A DNA stretch of 64,000 nucleotides, taken from contig NC_092394.1 of assembly GCF_030028105.1 (NCBI RefSeq), positions 39,786,752 to 39,850,751 on the forward strand, given 5' to 3'. Of this stretch, positions 13,520-26,325 are shown one piece after another. Origin of the DNA: Mobula birostris (lineage: Eukaryota). The notes beneath the pieces are model-generated. The model was not told the origin of the DNA. It did not search any database and saw nothing but the letters and a program-made list of their open reading frames with translations. Position numbers and translations under genes: made by a program. Numbering within the stretch: the first letter of the stretch is position 1; the number at the start of each line of letters is the position of its first letter.

Positions 13520-14060
13520 ATCGTGGCCTGTATGGAAACACCAATACCCTTGAATGGAAAATCCTACAAGAAGTAGTGAATATAGCCCAATCCATCATGA
13601 GTAAAGCCTTCCCACCATTGAGCACATCTACGTTTGTACATGGAGCACTGTCACAGCAAAGCAGCATCCATCATCAGGGAACCCCACCAACCAAGCCATG
13701 CTCGCTTTTCGCTGCTGCCATCAGAAGGTGCAGGAGTCTCAAGACCCACACCACCAGGTTCAGCAACTGTTATTACCCTTCAACCACCTGACTTGAAACA
13801 AGGGGCCAGCTTCACTCACCCCACCACTGAGCTGCTCCCACAAACTATGGACTCACTTTCAAAGACTCTTCATCTTATGTTCTCAATATTTATTGCTTAA
13901 TTTTTTTTGTATTTGCAGTTTGTTGTCATTTGCACATTGGTTGCTTGCCTGTCCTGTTGGTTACAATCTTTCATTGATTCTATTATGTGAGTATGCCAGC
14001 AAGAGAACAAATCTCAGGGTTGTATATGGTGACTTGTATGTACCTTGATTATAACTTTTC
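13520..14060 (+). mobile_element. Rex1/Babar LINE 3' fragment
   Basis: Similar to 8850-9385 (tatggaaacaccaat...aaagcagcatccatcatc...tail). Confidence 0.8.
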
Positions 14061-14358
14061 TTTGTAAGTACATGGGAGGGTTGTCTCAATCTATAAAGAG
14101 AACAGTAGATGAAAGAGTTCAGGACAGTTCCTTTCCATTTTACAGACATTGCCCAGCCTGCTCTGTGCACTAGCTTCTTTTCACGATTTGCAGTTGTTTT
14201 GTCCCTCAAGACACATGATTGTAGCAGTAAAACATCTTGCTGTTATAATAAGAATGCAACAACTACTGCAACCATGCATGGATCTTACAAGTTGTGGCTA
14301 TCGTGACAATACACGTACCCTGAATGTCAAGTTCCCGAAGAAGCTTGATAATTTACTT

Positions 14359-15651
14359 TTATTTTAAATTGCACAAGATAAAAAGTCCTGCAATAAGCAT
14401 AGCTATCACTGACATCTCTACTAGCCTTTGAAGATTCAATCTTTTCTCAAGACTGTCCCTGCTTTTAAGAAGCTGCATCCTTCTCCGCCGCAGTAACTGC
14501 TCCATCTCCAGTTGTTTTCCATAGTGAGCCCTGTAGAACTCATCAAAATTGAACTTTGATTTCCCATCATTTAAATTATCTTCTGAACTTCCAAACTGAG
14601 TTTGTTTTACTTTTGAGACATGAACTTTGCTTGAAGGTTTCTTACCAACATGCAGATCTGCAGGAGTCAGAATTCCTCTGTCATACTTTTTCCTTAGACT
14701 CACACTGCCCAGCACAGAATACGCCTCACTGATTTGCGTAAACCTCAGTGCTGCCTCCTCACTACCTGCATTTCGGTCTGGGTGGTAAATGAATGATTGC
14801 TTGTAGTAAGCAGACTTGATCTGACTATGTGTGGCATTGGGAGAGACTTTCAAAATATCATAGTATACTGTCTTGCTCCCTCGTGGAAATAGGACAGCAT
14901 TATTTTTACCAAAATAATTCTCGTCACCGTTATAGTAGCCATACATTCTGCATTGTTGTAGTGCTTTCATGCTAGAATAATAATGATAACGATATCTGCT
15001 ACTGTCCTGAAGCAATGCATAGGTCTTTGAGTTGATTAACCGTTGAAATGTCCGGATCCAAAGCCCACTGTGGTAGCTCTCAATCACCCCTCGAAAAAAC
15101 AAAGGATGCCAGCACCAACCATTTCCACGGCTGGGAAACCCTTTAAACGTGTATGTGTCACTGAAAGCCCAAGCACAAGGAGCACACCCACCCATTTCAC
15201 TAGGCTTCAACGATAGGTGCTTTTTGCCAAGTGTCTCTGCTGGGGAAAGACTCACAGGTTTTGCCACCGGGCTGTAGAAGGGCAACACAGCAAGGATTTG
15301 GGAGATGCGTCCCACTGCACGGCCTCCAAATTTGGCTGCTCCCCACCTGGCACTGCTTCTTACAGGGAGCAGTGGCAGCCGCGGCTCCGACCCCACGGCA
15401 ACGGCTCTGTTCGGGGCACCATGCCCCGGTGCCGGTGAGCAGGGCCAAGGCGCGTCCCCCACACGGCGCGCATCCGGCGGCCCTCTCCGGCCACTGGTCT
15501 CCGAACGGCCAACCAGCCCCTGCCGAACATCAGCCTTCGTGGAACCCGAGTTGTTTCTTCGGCCGCCGCCAACCATAAATCTCCTTGTCCAGTCCCCAGC
15601 ATCCCGGCCACGGTGCAGTATCACACTTTGACCGGCACACATAAACGCCAT
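14359..15651 (-). CDS. DNAJC30: DnaJ homolog subfamily C member 30, mitochondrial (single exon, 430 aa from the first ATG)
   Basis: J-domain YYDILKVSPNATHSQIKSAYYKQSFIYHPDRNAGSEEAALRFTQISEAYSVLGSVSLRKKYDRG, DNAJC30-typical FNFDEFYRAHYGKQL and LRRRR, C-terminal hydrophobic helix; intronless; ATG in a gaagATGGCG context within a CpG island. Confidence 0.93.
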   Translation of the reverse strand: MAFMCAGQSVILHRGRDAGDWTRRFMVGGGRRNNSGSTKADVRQGLVGRSETSGRRGPPDARRVGDAPWPCSPAPGHGAPNRAVAVGSEPRLPLLPVRSSARWGAAKFGGRAVGRISQILAVLPFYSPVAKPVSLSPAETLGKKHLSLKPSEMGGCAPCAWAFSDTYTFKGFPSRGNGWCWHPLFFRGVIESYHSGLWIRTFQRLINSKTYALLQDSSRYRYHYYSSMKALQQCRMYGYYNGDENYFGKNNAVLFPRGSKTVYYDILKVSPNATHSQIKSAYYKQSFIYHPDRNAGSEEAALRFTQISEAYSVLGSVSLRKKYDRGILTPADLHVGKKPSSKVHVSKVKQTQFGSSEDNLNDGKSKFNFDEFYRAHYGKQLEMEQLLRRRRMQLLKSRDSLEKRLNLQRLVEMSVIAMLIAGLFILCNLK

Positions 15652-15790
15652 CTTCCCACACCAGGAAGGTGGGGCCTAATAGTGATTGACATCCGTTTCA
15701 CCAATCATTGATTAGTGATTCAGATATACGTATTAAAGCTGTTGACCAATAAGAATGCGCAGTAAGGTGTCAGTGCCGCCCATACGACCT
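15645..15790 (-). promoter_or_regulatory. DNAJC30 promoter
   Basis: YY1-type AAGATGGCG over the ATG, several CCAAT/ATTG boxes (~15685-15750), edge of the CpG island. Confidence 0.55.
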
Positions 15791-16002
15791 GATTAACAAC
15801 TCAACTTCAAGGAGCAATTCTCAAATCGGATGTAGGCTCTTCAATTTGAAACATTAAATTCATTTCACTTCTCACGGACACTGCCTGGCTTGCTGAATGT
15901 TTCCAGCATTTTCTGTTGTTGTTTAAGAGTTCCAGCACATGCAGTTTTTTTAAACTTTCACTTAATATTGTGAGGTGCAGTACCACAATCAGGAAAATGA
16001 AG

Positions 16003-16307
16003 ATTTAAGATTAGCTTTTATTTGGCACATGTGTATTGAAACATTCAAGTACACAATGAATGCGTGGTTTTGCATCAAGAATTGTGCTGGGGAGCTGCCC
16101 GTCCTTGTCGTCACACTTCCGTCGCCAACATAACATAGCTTCCACTCACTAACCTTAACACGTGCATCTTTGGAAAGTGGGGGCAGGAAACCAGGGCACC
16201 CGGGGGAAACTCAGCCAGTACAAACCCCTTGCAGACACTGGTGGGAATCAAACCCCAATCTCTGATTATCAGCACCTGCGCTAACCGCTACGCTACTACA
16301 CCACCCC
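16003..16307 (-). mobile_element. tRNA-derived SINE
   Basis: Minus strand has A-box-like gtagcgtagcggttagc and B-box-like ggtttgattccc, plus body and tail shared with 18375-18665. Confidence 0.75.
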
Positions 16308-16639
16308 TTGAAGCCGTACTAAAGCAGGGGATTGTGTCTGGTCTGGCATAGAGTCCTTGTTGTTTTGCCTCCCGAACTGTTAGGGTGCAGTAAGATGCAG
16401 TCTCCATCAAGGTCGTGCCAAACACTTAGTTTATTAAATTGGTGACAATGGTTTTAACGACAGGGATTTGGAAGAGTTATAGATTAGATTAGGGTTTAGG
16501 GACAGGGATGTGGAGGAGTTACAGTTTAGACCAGAGTCTAGGCCTCTGTTTACATTTGAGACAGATGGACATCTGGTGTCTAGACCTCCACTCCAAGCTT
16601 GACAACCAGCGATCTGGACATGGGATGAAGGATGATAAG

Positions 16640-17110
16640 ACTATAAGATCATAAGACATAGCAGCAAATTTAGGGCATTCAGTCTATCAAGTTTGGCAGC
16701 TTTATTATCCCCCTCAACACCATTCTCCTGCCTTGTTCCCACAACCTTTGACACCCTTATTAGTCAAGGACCTATCAACCGCAGCTTTAAATATACCCGA
16801 TGACTTGACCTCCACCACTGTCTGTGGCAATGAATCTCACACATTCACCACCATCTAGCTAAAAAAAATCCTCTTCATCTCTGTTCTAAAGGAATGTCCT
16901 TGTATTCTGAAGCTGTGCCCTCTGATCCTAGACTACCCCACTATCGAATCATCTATTCTACGTCTACTCTAGGCCTTTCCAATAGGTTTCAGCGGGATCC
17001 TCCCCTTATTCTTCTAAACACCAGTGAATACAGGGCCAGAGCCATCAAACACTCCTCATACATTAACCATTTCATTCCCGGGACTGTTCTCGTGAAGCTT
17101 CTCTGGACCC
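16640..17110 (-). mobile_element. CR1 LINE 3' fragment
   Basis: RVQRSFTRTVPGM...YEECLMALALYSL; 3' tail like 4029-4500. Confidence 0.85.
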
Positions 17111-18374
17111 TGACTGATGGACGTCTGGAGTCCAGGCTTCTGCTCCATACTTGAAAGCCAACAATGTGGATGAATGACGAAGGACATCCATGGATCTCAG
17201 GCTGCCCCAGGTTGGTGGGTCCTGGGATCGGATGTCCACTTGAGCTGGTAGCATGAGGGCAGTGAGTCAGCAAGCCTGGTGTTCAGAGTCCCATCATTGG
17301 CTAGTCTGGATATCGATCCGAAGCCTGGAAGTCAAAGCCAAAGCTTGGAGACTGGAGGCCCAGAGGTCTTTCCTGGGGTTGGAGAACAATCTGTGTGTGT
17401 GGGTGTGGGGGAGGTGTGGGAAGGAGGAAAGGTTTTTTTTTTGCTGTTGTTGCTTTGTTGCTTGTACTTTTCTGTTCTGTTGTGCTCTGCTGAGCATTGA
17501 ATGCTACGTTGGCGCCAGAGTTTGTCGCGACACTTGAAGGCTGCCCCCAGCACACGCTGAGGTTGTGACGGTTGTTAGCGCAAATGACACATTTCACTGT
17601 ACATTTTGATGTGCGTGATAAATAAATGAATATGATCTGATCTGAATCTGAAGACTGCAGTATGATCTGGGTTGAGGGCTAGGACACTTGTATTAAAGAC
17701 TGAGTCTCAGTCGTGAAGATCTTTGATGTACTTTTTCACTGCTGTCCCATTATGGAAAAGCTCTCCTCCATTCACCAGAGAGGACATTAAGGCTCTTGAG
17801 CCTTAAACAATTTTCACAGTGCTAAGAAATCCAGGTAAGTGTTGGTTATCATTTTGCGCTTATACAACCGTCATCTGGATTTTTATTGGGGTTTTGGCTT
17901 TCAGATGCTTTTGTAGTTTTCAACTTGAAAGCTGATAAATTCCAGTCTAGGATGGACCTGAGATTAAAATAATCAAACTCCTTGTTTTCTCATCAATTCA
18001 TCCTTGGTGTTTTATTGTGGAGAAGCAAGAATCTCTCTATAGGTGCCAATTGTAGAAGGTTAGAAGTGTCCAATGCCCAGGTCTCTCTCTCATTGACTAG
18101 GAATGGTTGGGTTGTTTGAGTGGCTGACTGAGTATATCTTTCCTTGAAGAGACTTGGAGTCCTTTGACATCCAATTTGCACGTCACCAATTTCTAGCATT
18201 CCACTCCCCCATCAAACCTCTCACGCCTAGCAATTCATGCTGTTTCCCAGGGCAACTGCCCCATTACCTCCTTTTCTGACATTCCTACGTCTCATTCTCT
18301 CACATGTCCATCAACTCCCCGTAAACTATTTTTGCCGTTAATCTGCACTAAGGGATAATTTAGAATAAAGAAAC

Positions 18375-18665
18375 AGATTAGTTTTTTTTGTCATATGTAC
18401 ATCGAAACAGGCAATGGAATGCGTTATTTGCATCAAATTGAATCACTGAGGATTGAGCTGGGGGCAGCCTCAGGTGTGCCATACTTCTGGCACCAACATG
18501 GCGTGCCCACAACTCACTAACCCATACCGACTCATCTTTGGAATATGGCAGGAAACCGCAGCACCTGGAGGAAGGTACAAACTCCTTACAGGCAGCAGCG
18601 GGAATCCAACCCCCATCAGTGATCACTGGCACTGCAAAGCTATTGCGCAGCACTACAATAGCTAA
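18375..18665 (-). mobile_element. tRNA-derived SINE
   Basis: B-box-like gggttggattccc; body ctgtaaggagtttgtac... shared with the 16003-16307 copy. Confidence 0.75.
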
Positions 18666-19154
18666 CTAAACTAAAGCAGGTATTTCAGATGTGTGAGGAA
18701 TTCCATAAGACCATAAGATATAGGAGCGCAAGTAGGCCATTCAGCCCATCAAGTCTGCTTGGCCATTCGATCATGGGCTGATCCAATTCTTCCAGTCATC
18801 CCTATTCCCCTACCTTCTCCACTTGGTTACCGGGAGAACATGCAAGCTCCACATAGTTAGCATCTAAGATCACAAGAGTTATCAAAAAGTAGTGCTAAAT
18901 GATGCACTACTGTACCACCTTCTGCCCCATCTATGGTATTCTGAGGGTCCCGCGTAGTTCATCAGTCACCTCGGAGCCCAGTATGGTAATTTTTTTCAAG
19001 TTATAATGGCATGTTTTTCAAAAATGATTATGGTCAATCACCTGACCATTGAAGCATCAAACTTCTTTTCTTTTACATTAAGAAATATTTCACTTTGAAA
19101 TCCAAACCAATCACAATATTAACCACGATTTTGTTTTGAAAGAACCATCCATGT

Positions 19155-19335
19155 AACACATACAAAATACTGAGGAACTCAGCAGGCCAGGCAGCATCCT
19201 ACGGAAAAGAGTACGTACAGTCCACGTTTCGGGCCATGACTGTACACTTTTCCATAGATGCTGCCTGGCTTACTGAGTTCCTCCGACATTTTGTGTGTGT
19301 TGCTTGGACTTCCAGCATCTGCAGATTTTCTCTTG
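19155..19335. repeat. Fold-back (inverted-repeat) element, Penelope-terminus-like
   Basis: Arms 19155-19222 and 19238-19301 are near-perfect reverse complements; related half copies at ~15860-15950, ~20450-20540, ~53440-53540, ~55555-55630, ~61260-61345. Confidence 0.7.
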
Positions 19336-19699
19336 TTTGTGATTGGTTTACAACTTGCAACTAATGCAAATTTTTATGCGGTAGTTATAATAAACAGGTT
19401 AAAATAATTGGATAATTATCTTAAGGTGTATCATTTATTAGCCAGAGATGTTATTTCTTAAATACTCATAATCACATTTTCTAGCGTATATTAACAAGTT
19501 TCAGGAAGATGGTAAGAGTTAAAGAAAAAGTTTCGGACCAAGTTTTCCATCACTTTCTGAATGCCTCCACTTTCTAATTATCACCTATTTCTCTATTTGT
19601 GCAAAGTACATATTAGCCATGTAATACAGGCCCTATAAACGTAACCGGTTATTGTATAAGGATAAATCCAGGCTTCACGCCTTTCAATGCTTATAATAT

Positions 19700-20280
<581 letters not shown>

Positions 20281-21278
20281 CTCCTTCAGACCGCTGGCAG
20301 TCGTTTTACCATGCAACCTTCATTCTATAGAAATGATCTTCGTGACCATGTATAGGAGAGAGATTGGGCTTCTTGAGCCTGTCCCATCGTTACCTGAAGG
20401 CAACACGCACCTCTTTTCCCAATAAATTAATCTTTAAAAAATATATAAATACTGAAAATTGGAAAGTATTCAAGCATTTTCTATTATAATGAGCAGGTAA
20501 ACTGTATTCATTGAGTGTTTCCAGCATTTTCTGTTTTTATAATTGTTCCCCATGTATGTCTGAAACTTTTGGGTATCTTAATCGGTTAACTAGCACCATT
20601 GCTACCATAAGAGAGTTTCAACTTGAGCCATCTTCACTGTGTGGAATAGTTTTCCAACTTCATTCTTGAATGGCCAACTCTAATCATACCATGCTTTAGA
20701 ATTTATCCTCTCTGTTGAGGTGAAGTTGCATCTCTCTGAGAAGCTAAGATCAGATGATGTATTAGTGTTACAGTGGAGTAAATGGAATTATAGAGGTATG
20801 TGAGAGAAGCTGGCCAAAGTTGAGTAGAATGGACACTGGCAGGATGACCGTAGAACAGCAAGGCTGGAGTTTGCTGGAGCATTTTGGAAGGTGCAGTATA
20901 GATACATCCCAAAGAAGAAATATTTGAAAGGGACTATGAGGCAACTATGCCTAACAAGGGAAGTCAGACAGCATAAAAGCAAAAGAGGACATATAATAAA
21001 GCAAACGTTTGTGGGAAGTTAGTGGATTGGGAAGCTTTGTAAAAAAAAAACAAGGCAACTAACAAAAAATGAAGGTAAACTAGACAATAATATAAAAGAG
21101 GATACCAAAAGTTTTTTCAGCTATTAGAAGAGTGGGTACTGGACTGCTGATTGAAGATACCATTATGCCATAAGTTTGAGAGAGGGATAGAAGTATGTGT
21201 AGTTGCCCTTACTAAAGAGGAGGTGCTTGGGAAACTGAAAGGTTGGAAGACGGATATGTCACATGAACCAGATGATCT

Positions 21279-21997
21279 AAACATAAAAACGTAGAAAATG
21301 TACAACACAATACAGGCCCTTCGGCCCGCTATGCTGTACCGAACATATACTTGCCTTAGAAATTACTCAGGGTTACCCATAACCCTCTATTTTTCTAAGC
21401 TCCATGTACCTATCCAAGAGACTCTTAAAATACCTTATTGTATCTGCCTCCACCACTGGCTCTGGCAGCTCATTCCATGCACTCACCACTCTCTGTGTAA
21501 AACAACAACAACTTACCCCTGACATCTCCTCTGTACCTACTTACAAGCACCTTAAAACTGTGCCCTCTCATGTTAGCCATTTCAGACCTGGGAAAAAGCC
21601 TTTGTTTTCCACACGATCAATGCCTCTCATCATCTTATACACCTCAATCAGGTCACCTCTCATTCTCCATTGCTCCAAGGAGAAAAGGCCAAATTCACTA
21701 AACCTATTCTCATAAGGTATGCTCCCCAATCCAGGTAACATCCCTGTAAATCTCCTCTGCACCTTTTCTATAGTTTCCACATCCTTCCTGTAGGAGGTGA
21801 CCAGAACTGAGCACAGTACTCCAAGTGGGTCTGACTGGGGTCCTATGTAGCTGTAATATTACCTCTCAGCTCTTAAACTCAGTCCACGGTTGATTAAGAT
21901 AAATACACCATATGCCTTCTTAACCACATAGTCAACCTACACAGCAGCTTTGAGTGTCCTATGGACTCGGACCCCAAGATTCTTCTGATCCTCCAGG
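21279..21997 (-). mobile_element. CR1 LINE 3' fragment nested in a CR1
   Basis: KVQRRFTGMLPGLGSIPYENRF; TSD GATCT at 21274-21278 and 21998-22002; same subfamily as 61570-63515. Confidence 0.88.
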
Positions 21998-22955
21998 GAT
22001 CTGCACCCCAAGGTTCTGATAGAGGTAGCTGAAGAGATTGCAGAGGTATTAGTAGTAATCTTTCAAGAATCACTAGATTCTAGCATAGTTCCCGAGGACT
22101 GGAAAATTGCAAATGTCACTCCACTCTTTAAAAAGGGAGGGAGGCAAAGACAGGAAATTATAGGCTAGTTTGTCTGACTTCAGTGGTTGGGAAGATGTTG
22201 GAGTCTATTATTAAAGATGAGCTTTTGGGGTACTTGGAGGCACATGATAAAATAGGATGAAGTCAGCATGGTTTCCTTAAGGGTAAAAGCTGGCTGACTA
22301 ATCTGTTGGAATTCTTTGAGACAGACATAGGAGAGTCAGTGGATGTTGTGTATTTGGATTTTCCGAAGGTATTTGACAAAGTGCTGCACATGAGGCTACT
22401 AAACAAGATGAGAACCCATGGTATTACTGCAGCAATACTAGCATGGATAGAAGAATGGCTGACTTGCAGGAGGCAAATAGTAGTGACAAAGGGAGCTTTT
22501 CTAGTTGGCCTCTGGTGACTAGTGGTGTTCTGCAGGGATCACTGTTGGGGTTGCTTCTTTTCATGTTGTATGTCAAAATTCATGGGTTTTGTGGCCAAGT
22601 TTGTAGGTGATATGAAGATAGGTGAGGGACAGGTGGTAAGGAAGACAATTGCAATTTTCACATTTATTTCAAGAGGACCAGAATATAAAAGCAAGGATGT
22701 AATGCTGAGACTTATATAAGGCATTGGTCAGACCATACTTGGCATATTGTGAGCAGTTTTGGGCTCATTATCCGGAAAGGATGTGCTGGCATTGGAGAGG
22801 GTACAGAGGATGTCCACGAGAATGATCCCAGGAATGAAAAGGTTAACGTAAAGGAGTGTTTGATAGCTCTGGACCTCTACTCAGAGTTTAGATGAATGAG
22901 GGGGAATCTCACTGAAACCTTTTGAATGGTGAAAGGCATAGACAGAGTGGATGTA

Positions 22956-23695
22956 TATTTCAAGTTCAGCTTTAATTGTCATTCAACCACACATGAATAT
23001 CTGTGAATATAGCCAAACGAAACAGCTTTACACAGGGCCAGGGTGCAAAACACAGTACCAACAGTCACACAGCACAAGGCGCATATCAGACAGCAAGCAC
23101 ATAAAAGATACTAGTACAGTACAGTCAAACATAAAAACATAGTCCAAGACCCTGAGTCCATGAATGATGCAGGAGTCTGCAGTTGAACACAATATAGCTT
23201 GTCTTCTGCTGAGCAAACACTGGGGGCAGCACTGAATCCAGCACTGACTTTGACGCCTCTGTCCTGGACGGCTGTAAATAGGCAACACTGTGGCTTGAGG
23301 CCTAGTCCTTGCTACAGCCCAGACTACACAGCTCCCCCACCAGCTGCTAATAAATTAGTGACTCGGACTTGCAGCATTCCATGTTAACAATGTCTTAACA
23401 GGGTCTTGCAATCACAAGAGAAGCGATCAAGCCAATCACTCGCCGCTAGACTGCACACCTCCTTCGTACACCAACTCGTCTAATGCCTCTACCGCAGGCA
23501 GCAGCATGATTTGCACCAAGTCCAGATCCTTTGGTTTCTCCGCCAACGAGCTATTTGCCAATGAGGTAGATCTGCAGTACCTCAAGTACTTAATGTACAG
23601 CATTCTTGCGATCGTAAAAAAAAAAGTAAAAAGGACCATCACCTTTGGTTGATCTCGTAGAAGCCACTGCAATTGAATGTGCCATCGTCTTATCT
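22956..23695 (-). repeat. Non-autonomous interspersed repeat nested in a CR1
   Basis: Interrupts CR1 coding sequence; minus-strand head aagacgatggc and tail gacaattaaagctgaacttgaa; no coding motif. Confidence 0.55.
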
Positions 23696-23879
23696 TCTTA
23701 GAGTGGGGAAGTCTAGGGCCAGAGGTCACAGCCTCAGAATAGAAGGACATCTCTGTAGGACAGAGATTAGGAGGAATTTCTCTATCCAGAGTGTGGTGCA
23801 TCTTTGGAATTCCTTACCACAAATAACTGTGGAGACCAATTCATTAGGATATTTAAAGCAGACGTTGATAGGTTCTTGC

Positions 23880-26325
23880 TTCGTAGGAGCAGTATTAGGC
23901 TGTTTAGCCCATCGAGTCTGCTCTGCCATTTCATCATGGCTAATCCAAATTTCCTCTCAGCCCCAATCTACTGCCTTCTCCCCGTATCCCTTCATATTCT
24001 GATCAATCAAGAATCTCTCGACCTCTGCCTTAAATTAACATAAAGACTTGGCCTCCACAGTTGCCTGTGGCAAAGAATTCTGCAGATTCACCACTCTCTG
24101 GCTAAAGAAATTCCTCATCATCTCCGTTCTAAAAGGACACCTCTCTATTCTGAGGCTGTGTCCTCTGGTCTTAGACTCTCCCACCATAGGAAACATCCTC
24201 CTGACGTCCACTCTATCAAGGCCTTTCACCATTTGTTGGGTTTCAGTTAGATCACCCCTCATTCTTCAGAATTCCAGTGAATACAGGCCCAGAGCCATCA
24301 AACCTTCTTCATATGACAAGCCATTAAACCTTGGAATCATTTTTGTGAACCTCCTTTGAACCTGCTCCAGTTTCAGCACATCCTTCCTTAGATAAGGGGC
24401 CCAAAACTGCTCACAATACTTCAAGTGAAGCCTCACCAGTGCTTTATAAAGACTCAACATTATATGCTTGCTTTTTATTCTAGTCCTCTTGAAATGATGC
24501 TAACATTTTATTTGCCTTCATCACCACAGACTGAATCTACAAAGTAACTCTTAGGAATCCTGCATAAGGACTCCCAGGTCCCTTTGCACCTCAGTTTTTG
24601 TATTTTCTCTTCATTTAGAAAATAGTCAACCCTTTCATTTCTTTAACCAAAATACAAGACCATGCACTTCCCAACACTGTTTTTCATCTGCCACTTTGCC
24701 CATTCTCCTAATCTGTTGGAAGTCCTTCTGTAGCATCTCTACCTCCTCAAAACTACCTGTCCCTCCACCTATCTTCATATCATCTGCAAAGTTTGCAACA
24801 AAGCCATCAATTCCGTCATCCAAATCAAAGATGTATAGCGCAAAAAGAATCAGTCTGAACACAAACCCATGTGGAAGACCACTAGTCACCAGCAAGCAGT
24901 CAGAAAAGGCTCCTTTTACTCCTACTCTTTGCTTCCTGCCAATCAGCCACTACTTTAATTATGCTAAAGGCTTTCCTGTAATACCATGGGCTCATAGCTT
25001 GTGAAGCAGCCGCATGTGTGGCACCTTGTCAATGGCCTTCCAAAAAATCCAACTACACAACATGAACTTGAGTGTCCTTTGTCTATCTTGCTTGTTATTT
25101 CTTCAAAGAATTGCAACAGATTTGTCAGGCAAGAATTTCCCTACTTTATCATGTGCCTCCAAGTACCCTGAGACTTCATCCTTGATAATCAACTCCAACA
25201 TCTTTCCAATCACTGAGGTCAGACTAACTGGCCTATGGTTTCCTTTCTTCTCCCTCTTTCCCTTCTTGAAGAGTGGATTGACATTTGCAGTTTTCCAGTA
25301 ATGCAGAACCATTCCAGAATCTGGTAATTCTTGAAAGATCATTACTAATGCCTCCACAATTTCTTCAGCCAACTCTTTCAGAACCCTGGGGTGTACACTA
25401 TCTGGTTTACCTTCAGACCTTTATTTCCCAAGAAAGTATAACTTCAGACACTTCTTGACTCCTGGAATTTCCACCATACTGCTAGTGTCTTTCACAGTGA
25501 AAATTGATGCAAAGTACTCATTCAGTTGGTCCGCCATTTCCAGTGGTCCGATATCCACTCTTGCCTCTCTTTTACACTTTATGTATCTGAAGAAACTTCT
25601 GGTATTCTCTTTAATATTATTGGCTAGTTTACTTTTGTATTTCATCTTTACCTGCTTTATGTCTTTTGTAGTTGCCTTCTGTTGATTTGTAATAAAGCTT
25701 CCCAATCCTTTAGCTTTCCACTAATTTTTGCTTTATTTTACTGTGAAATCTTGCCTTTAGAATATTTCTTCCTCTTTGGGAGGTATATATCCTGTGCCTT
25801 TCGAATTGTTTCCAAAAATTCCAGCTATTACTGCTGTGCTATCATCCCTGCCAGTGTTCTTTTCCAATTAATTCTGGAAAACCTCCTTTTGCATGCCTCT
25901 GTAATTCCTTTTACTCCACTGTAATACTGATACTCTGACTTTAACTTCTGCTTCTCAAATTTCAGTGTGAATTTGATCATATTATGATCACTTTCACCTT
26001 GGGGTTCTTTTACCTGGAGTTCTCTAATTAATTCCGAAAGTTGAATACAGGGCTGAAGGTCTTGTATTTGAATGCGTGTAGTATACAGAATAAGTTAGAT
26101 GAACTTGTAGCACAGTTACAGAGTGACATGATGTAGGCTGAAAGAAGATTACAACTGAGAGATTAATGTCCAAGGAAGCACATTGTATTAAAAGGACAGG
26201 TAGGAAGGTGGAGGGTTGGTGTTGCTCTGTTCGTAAAAATGAAATCAAATTATTGAAATGGTGTCAGAAGGTGATAATCATTGCAGATAGAGCTAAGGAA
26301 CTGTAAGGGTAAAAAGACCCTGAAG
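23880..26325 (-). mobile_element. Degraded CR1 LINE ORF2
   Basis: HRPVSLTSVIGKMLE, FADD, RLHLKYCEQFW, QVQRRFTKMIP; inserted into the 3' UTR of the preceding CR1, whose tail resumes at ~26325-26430. Confidence 0.88.

Larger units (their letters stand above)
20760..23880 (+). mobile_element. Degraded CR1 LINE carrying two insertions
   Basis: PEDWKIANVTPLFKKG, YLDFPKVFDKV, ERVQR motifs; the sequence rejoins across 21279-21997 and ~22956-23695. Confidence 0.85.

Noticed and set aside
15200-15631. Several ORFs overlapping the DNAJC30 5' region
   Set aside because: Expected from stop-poor GC-rich CpG-island sequence
16003-18665. tRNA-like A/B boxes
   Set aside because: SINE heads, no complete cloverleaf
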